A stretch of DNA of 62,466 nt, counting the filler, from a bacterium (GTDB lineage: Bacteria > JALSQH01), in assembly GCA_027004335.1 (NCBI GenBank). It is 11 parts of 11 records of this genome, joined end to end, with 100 filler letters (N's around TTAATTAATTAA, not from the genome) between each part and the next. Parts side by side here need not be neighbours in the genome. Positions count along the whole stretch, not along the records: positions 56,469 to 58,404 come from JALTID010000248.1; positions 58,505 to 60,438 come from JALTID010000249.1; positions 60,539 to 62,466 come from JALTID010000251.1; 8 more parts are not named here. One strand, written 5' to 3'. Below are positions 57,343-62,466 of the stretch, piece after piece (the stretch's first letter is position 1; the number at the start of each line of letters is the position of its first letter). The translations under genes and the position numbers were made by a program. The notes under the pieces are model-generated. The model was not told the origin of the DNA, did not search any database, and was given only the letters and a program-made list of their open reading frames with translations.

Positions 57343-57699
57343 TTTTTCAAAATCCTCTCTATGAATAACTGATAGAGTGCAATCAGTTACAGCTTTTACT
57401 GTGGCGCTTCTTTCATCCTCGCCGATGAAGGCCATCTCACCAAAAAAAACTCCCATCTCAGCTTCCAGTCTGGCAAGTTTTCTCATTTTATCCTTTACAA
57501 TGTAATCGCCCATTTTAAGCATGATGCTTTTTAAAATATCCACAGTTCCCTTTTCAAGAATATAGAGGGAGGAACCTCTTTCCCCTTCCTGGATAATGAT
57601 TTCTCCAGCAGGGATCTCCTTTGTAGTTGCAACAGAAAGCATCTTTTCAATTTGTTTTTTCCCCAGCCCCTTAAAAAGGAGAATATTTTCTAAGTTCAT
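57199..57699 (-). CDS. Stand-alone cyclic-nucleotide-binding domain protein
   Basis: LFKGL, I.EGE.G.SLYI..G.V, FFGEMA....RSATV.A; no HTH. Confidence 0.88.
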   Translation of the reverse strand: MNLENILLFKGLGKKQIEKMLSVATTKEIPAGEIIIQEGERGSSLYILEKGTVDILKSIMLKMGDYIVKDKMRKLARLEAEMGVFFGEMAFIGEDERSATVKAVTDCTLSVIHREDFEKLAEGDCELGYVVIKNIAETLSHRLKQANEDVAKLTTALSLALSRKQK

Positions 57700-58403
57700 A
57701 TTTCTTCTTCCCCAACTTGAGGTTTCCTGCTACTTATCAGGAGGAGATGTGAGTTTTTAGCAATTTCTCTTTCGTCATCAGGACTTATAAAAGTTTCATA
57801 ATCCTTTTTCCCTCCGATTGCAATTTCAGCTTCCTGAAATTGCTCTTTTATAAACTGATCAATAAGTCCCTCCGACTCTCCAAGTATCTTTTCAAGTGAA
57901 ATTCCCTCCTTAACTTCAACAATACCCAGAAAAATTCCAAGGTTTTCTTTTCTCACCCATTCTCTTACATCTTTTACCTTCTTGCTTATGAGGGGTTTTG
58001 GCACAGGGATCTCCCAGATGAAGTAGAGGGTGTCTGGATCAAGTACTTCTTTGAGAAATCTTGCCGCCCCAGGCGATATTGAAGCAATTCCTAATATACT
58101 GTTTTCTATTTTCCCTCTTATTATTAATTCATCAATCTGGGCTCTTCTGAGAAAAATTTCATTTTCAGGCTCAAGAAGCTCAGCGTAGATGGGTACATCA
58201 GGTGCCAGTCCTTTTAAGTTGAGGGAGGCAAGAATCGTTCTTTCATCTGCCTTGCTATAGCTACCCTCATGGGATGTATCTGATAATATAAGTATTCTTG
58301 AGGCCTTTGAAGGGCTTGCCCTATGCAGGACCCCCTCATTTACGAAATTTCCCTTTATAAATTTTATAGTGGTACCCTGAAGTTCATATCTGATTGAATC
58401 AAT
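57696..58403 (-). CDS. RCK (TrkA-N) domain of an ion channel / K+ transport protein (5' truncated)
   Basis: Frame extends beyond the ORF track: FIKGNFVNEGVLHRA...ADERTILASLNLKGLAPDVPIYAELLEPENEIFLRRA. Confidence 0.75.
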   Translation of the reverse strand: MDSIRYELQGTTIKFIKGNFVNEGVLHRASPSKASRILILSDTSHEGSYSKADERTILASLNLKGLAPDVPIYAELLEPENEIFLRRAQIDELIIRGKIENSILGIASISPGAARFLKEVLDPDTLYFIWEIPVPKPLISKKVKDVREWVRKENLGIFLGIVEVKEGISLEKILGESEGLIDQFIKEQFQEAEIAIGGKKDYETFISPDDEREIAKNSHLLLISSRKPQVGEEEI

Positions 58404-58404
58404 C

Positions 58405-58504
58405 NNNNNNNNNNNNNNNNNNNNNNNNNNNNNNNNNNNNNNNNNNNNTTAATTAATTAANNNNNNNNNNNNNNNNNNNNNNNNNNNNNNNNNNNNNNNN
58501 NNNN
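58405..58504. other. Artificial contig spacer
   Basis: N-run / TTAATTAATTAA / N-run. Confidence 0.98.
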
Positions 58505-58505
58505 A

Positions 58506-58679
58506 GAAATGTGTCGAAATGCCATAAATGTTTTCAATGAAAATTTTATAAGATTGGATAATGGATTTGTTATATTTAAAAAAGAATATCTGGTTCATGT
58601 TAAAAAAGCAATAATTGAGCATTTAAAGGCTATACCAGATAATAAGAAAATAACTTATACGGAGATACTCAACTGGTAA
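58506..58679 (+). CDS. Hypothetical protein C-terminal fragment
   Basis: [20 protein letters not shown]...YTEILNW*, open from the contig start. Confidence 0.35.
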   Translation, partial: EMCRNAINVFNENFIRLDNGFVIFKKEYLVHVKKAIIEHLKAIPDNKKITYTEILNW

Positions 58680-58719
58680 AGAAATTAAATTATTTTTCCT
58701 AAAACTAAGGAGCGGGGTC

Positions 58720-60438
58720 ATGCCAAAACGCACAGATATAAAAAAGATTCTCATTATTGGCTCTGGACCCATTGTTATTGGTCAGGCATGTGAGTTTGAT
58801 TATTCAGGGACACAGGCATGTAAGGCGTTGAAGGAAGAGGGGTATGAGGTTGTCCTTGTAAATAGCAATCCCGCCACAATTATGACAGATCCAGAATTTG
58901 CAGATAAAACATATATAGAACCAATAACTCCGGAGACTCTGGCAAAGATCGTTGAGAAAGAAAGACCCGATGCTATTCTTCCCACTCTGGGAGGACAGAC
59001 AGCCCTCAATACTGCAGTAGCTCTTGGTGAGATGGGGGTTTTAGAAAAGTATGGTGTGGAGCTTATTGGTGCAAATCTTGAATCAATTAAAAAGGCTGAA
59101 GATAGGGAATTATTTAAAAAATCCATGGAGAAGATAGGACTTCAAGTTCCAAAAAGTGGTCTTGCAAGAAACTTTGATGGAGCCATGGAAGTTATAAAAT
59201 ATGTTGGCTTCCCAGCAATTATAAGACCCGCATTTACCCTGGGGGGACATGGGGGGAATGTTGCATATAACATGGAAGAGTATGAAGAATTTGTAAAATG
59301 GGGGCTGGATTCTTCACCAATAAGCGAAATCTTAATTGAGGAGTCAGTTTTAGGCTGGAAGGAATTTGAATTAGAGGTGATGAGGGACAAAAATGACAAT
59401 GTGGTGATAATCTGCTCAATAGAGAATTTTGATGCCATGGGAGTTCACACAGGGGATAGTATAACAGTGGCACCAGCCCAGACCCTCACAGATAAAGAGT
59501 ATCAAATAATGAGGGATGCAGCTATAAAAATTATAAGGGAAATCGGTGTGGACACAGGGGGATCAAATATTCAGTTTGCTATAAATCCTGATGATGGGAG
59601 AATGGTTGTAATTGAGATGAATCCCCGTGTTTCAAGATCCTCTGCTCTGGCTTCCAAAGCAACGGGGTTCCCCATTGCAAAAATTGCCACAAAATTAGCA
59701 GTAGGATATTCTCTGGATGAAATCCCCAATGACATCACCAGATACACTCCTGCGAGTTTTGAACCAACTCTGGACTATGTTGTTGTAAAAATACCAAGAT
59801 TCACCTTTGAAAAATTTCCCCAGACAGTTGATTACCTCACCACACAGATGAAATCGGTGGGAGAGGTAATGGCAATTGGGAGGACTTTTAAGGAAACTTT
59901 ACAGAAGGCAATAAGATCCCTTGAGATAGACAAGTATGGTTTTGAATCGATTGTAGGAATTCAACCATCTATGGAATCACTGAGAGAAGCCATTGAAGAA
60001 AAATTAGGTTATGAGGAAATAGTGGAAAAACTAAAAATCCCCAACAGCAAAAGACTCTGGTATATTGGAGATGCATACAGGGAAGGGATAAGTACAGAAA
60101 AAATATATGAATTCACAAAAATTGATCCCTGGTTTTTAAACAATATCAAAGAGATAATTGATTATGAAAAGGAGCTTATAGAGAAAAAAGAAGAGTATGG
60201 AAACTTTGAAAAATGGCAGGAGAAAAATCCCGGTGAGCTTAAAGAGTATCTGATTGATGCCAAAAGGATGGGGTTTTCTGATAGGAGACTTGCGTATCTC
60301 CTTAACACCGATGAAGATAGCATAAGGAACCACAGAGAAAAAATAAACTTAATAAATGTCTACAAGAGAGTTGACACCTGTGCCGCTGAGTTTGAGGCTT
60401 ATACACCATATCTCTATTCTTCTTACGATGAAGAGGAT
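58720..60438 (+). CDS. carB: Carbamoyl-phosphate synthase large subunit (3' truncated)
   Basis: [66 protein letters not shown]. Confidence 0.97.
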
Positions 60439-60538
60439 NNNNNNNNNNNNNNNNNNNNNNNNNNNNNNNNNNNNNNNNNNNNTTAATTAATTAANNNNNN
60501 NNNNNNNNNNNNNNNNNNNNNNNNNNNNNNNNNNNNNN
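60439..60538. other. Artificial contig spacer
   Basis: N-run / TTAATTAATTAA / N-run. Confidence 0.98.
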
Positions 60539-60596
60539 GGATATACCAGAAGGGGAGGGGATGTTCTTATAAATCTCCTCCCTGTAGGTTTTAAAC

Positions 60597-60626
60597 TTGA
60601 CATTTATATCAAGTTTGTTGTAAGAT
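60597..60626 (+). promoter_or_regulatory. sigma70-type promoter
   Basis: TTGACA-18 bp-TAAGAT upstream of 60654. Confidence 0.45.
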
Positions 60627-60653
60627 ATCCAAAACTAAGAAAGGAGTGTTAAA

Positions 60654-61511
60654 ATGGCACTTAACAGAGATCTGATTGGTAAAGAATATCCCGCAGGTAC
60701 CTACGAAGTCACAGAAGACGCAATAATAAAATACGCCATGGCTACCAATGATGACAATCTATGGTACACCTACCCCCGCAGAGAAGGTGGAATAGTTGCA
60801 CCACCAATTTTTGGGGTCGTATGGAATCACCTTGAGCTGGGTAAACCTCTTTTTGATCCTGATCTCAATGTGAATTTACTTATGTTGCTTCATGGGGAAC
60901 AGGACATGTACTTCAAAAAAATTGTCAAACCAGGTGATAAAATTACAACAGTTTCGTCGGTGCATCACATAGAGGATAAGGGTTCAGGAGAGATACTTGT
61001 AATAAAACTCCTATCAAAAAATCAGAATGGAGAAGAAGTACTGGAAACATATGGCACAATGTTCATAAGAGGAAGTGGAAGCGGAAAGAAAAAGGAAGAA
61101 AAAAAAGAGGAGAAGAAAGAACCAAAACTTGGTGAACCTGTGTTTGTCCAGGAAGTTAAAGTAAAAAAATATCAACCTTATATCTATGCAGAAGCAAGTG
61201 GTGATCATAACCCCATCCATGTTGATCCAAACACTGCAAAGATGGCAGGACTGCCAGGCGTGATTCTTCAAGGATTATGCACAATGGCATTCGCCCACAA
61301 TGCAATAATAAACAACTACTTCGGTGAAGATCCTGCAAAATTCAAGAGGTTAAAATCAAGATTCAGCAAACCAGTTTTCCCTGGCGATACATTGAAAGTG
61401 GTTGCATGGGAAATTGAAAAAAATGATTCTGTTGCAAAATTATACTATGAAGTGTATAATCAAAAATGTCAAAAAGTGATAACAGATGGTATTGCTGAAG
61501 GAGAAATTTAA
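60654..61511 (+). CDS. Double-hotdog MaoC (R)-specific enoyl-CoA hydratase (MFE-2-like)
   Basis: APP.F, LLHGEQ, DKGSG, YA.ASGDHNPIH.D, G.ILQGLCT, RFSKPV.PG. Confidence 0.88.
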   Translation: MALNRDLIGKEYPAGTYEVTEDAIIKYAMATNDDNLWYTYPRREGGIVAPPIFGVVWNHLELGKPLFDPDLNVNLLMLLHGEQDMYFKKIVKPGDKITTVSSVHHIEDKGSGEILVIKLLSKNQNGEEVLETYGTMFIRGSGSGKKKEEKKEEKKEPKLGEPVFVQEVKVKKYQPYIYAEASGDHNPIHVDPNTAKMAGLPGVILQGLCTMAFAHNAIINNYFGEDPAKFKRLKSRFSKPVFPGDTLKVVAWEIEKNDSVAKLYYEVYNQKCQKVITDGIAEGEI

Positions 61512-61531
61512 AGTTTCTCTTTTGAAAGGGG

Positions 61532-62092
61532 GTGATTGAAACAGTATTTCTTGATCAGTTTATTAGTTTATTGTGGGGAAGTGTGCTGGCACTTACTGCC
61601 TACCCCAGCGTTAAAAAAGATGGAGTCTATACAAAATATTTCTGGAGGGCTTTTCTTTTTCAGATTTTCATCTTTTTCCCAATAGGACTTTACCTTTTTC
61701 TCACATGGCCAGACTGGAGCTGGATGTACTGGGTAAATAATGATACGACTGCCACCTGGATAAAAGTAGTAGCACTCAGCGGGTATATTATTTCATTTCT
61801 ATTCGGATACATCATCTCAGGATATGGAATTAAGAAGGGTTCTAACTGGATTGCATATGCCCTTTCAATTATTGGAATTTTAGGGATATTAATTATTTCC
61901 ATCGTGGGTTATAAGAGCTTAATATATCTTGGAACATATGAAGAATTTTTCAAAGAAGTTGCTCCATACGCTTGGCAGGACTCCAGATTTGTAATTTCAG
62001 CAATACTCATTGGAATTTACTTCGGGGTACCTGGAGCGTATCTCATAATCAAAAATCTTCATGAAAATGGCCTATTGAAAAGAGAAAAATGA
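61532..62092 (+). CDS. Hypothetical membrane protein
   Basis: About five TM helices, WPDWSWMYW motif. Confidence 0.6.
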   Translation: MIETVFLDQFISLLWGSVLALTAYPSVKKDGVYTKYFWRAFLFQIFIFFPIGLYLFLTWPDWSWMYWVNNDTTATWIKVVALSGYIISFLFGYIISGYGIKKGSNWIAYALSIIGILGILIISIVGYKSLIYLGTYEEFFKEVAPYAWQDSRFVISAILIGIYFGVPGAYLIIKNLHENGLLKREK

Positions 62093-62466
62093 ATCTCCTG
62101 ATAAGAGAATTAAAATTAAAGATTGACCCCGATATTCTTTTCTCAAGACTGGGGATAAGAACATCAGGAATTTTTCTGCAGTACCACTGGCGTAACCATA
62201 GATACTACCTTTTTTCCCCATTCCCCCTAAAGAAATTAACAGGTTCAGCAAATTCTATAAACTACAAATCCTCACACATGGAATTCAGATATTACGCAGA
62301 TCTACCAACATTTCTATATGAGGAATATAAGAAAATCGCCAGCGATTTTGCCGATAGAAGCTTTGAATTTGTTCCTGCATTCTTCGGAATAGTTAATGAT
62401 CAATACCTTACTGCAACGAAAAATGAAACTTTCTGGTTTTACTTCCCAGATCCTTATCTATTATAT
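62089..62466 (+). CDS. Possible anthranilate/ADC synthase component I N-terminal region (3' truncated)
   Basis: ATGA overlap with the previous gene; DP..LF.RL...RYYLF..P...FVPAFFGIV only weakly resembles a TrpE/PabB N-terminus. Confidence 0.35.
   Translation, partial: MNLLIRELKLKIDPDILFSRLGIRTSGIFLQYHWRNHRYYLFSPFPLKKLTGSANSINYKSSHMEFRYYADLPTFLYEEYKKIASDFADRSFEFVPAFFGIVNDQYLTATKNETFWFYFPDPYLLY

Noticed and set aside
6196-60538. Repeated TTAATTAATTAA motif as a biological repeat or CRISPR-like element
   Set aside because: Always embedded in N-runs of fixed total length 100 bp; an artificial linker.
60552-60582. Hairpin GGGAGGGGAT...ATCTCCTCCC at the contig start
   Set aside because: Large loop, weak U-tract and the upstream gene is missing, so it cannot be called a terminator with confidence.

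Overview
This window is not contiguous DNA. It is 11 contigs (about 1.9-17 kb) joined by ten artificial 100-bp N/TTAATTAATTAA spacers, as in a concatenated draft genome or MAG, so gene neighbourhood only means something within a contig. Most contigs look like one AT-rich, diderm, probably anaerobic Deltaproteobacteria/Myxococcota-like bacterium (tentative). They carry housekeeping genes (mpl, pncA-pncB, smc fragment, HU, tRNA-Ala/Val/Asp, gpsA, trpB2, smpB, leuCDB-asd, split transketolase, ftsEX-envC, comEC, carB) and many lipid-handling genes. Main leads: (1) an unannotated lipase C-terminus followed by a tightly coupled TatT-TatP(DctP)-aldehyde:ferredoxin oxidoreductase-MoaD-monoacylglycerol/lysophospholipase operon, a candidate lipid/fatty-aldehyde scavenging system; (2) a cell-surface locus with a FN3/CFI-box-CTERM protein plus beta-barrel, a beta-propeller lipoprotein and a 1237-aa MYXO-CTERM-like protein preceded by a uORF; (3) a URO-D pseudogene / two beta-propellers / inositol-phosphate synthase / inositol-kinase-like PfkB cluster; (4) a GPAT-GpsA-phosphatidate-phosphatase-like operon. 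There are also probable chimeric contig ends and decayed remnants (IS256-like, GmrSD-like, TPR). I saw no CRISPR array, rRNA or intact mobile element. All family calls come from motif recognition by eye, not from database searches.
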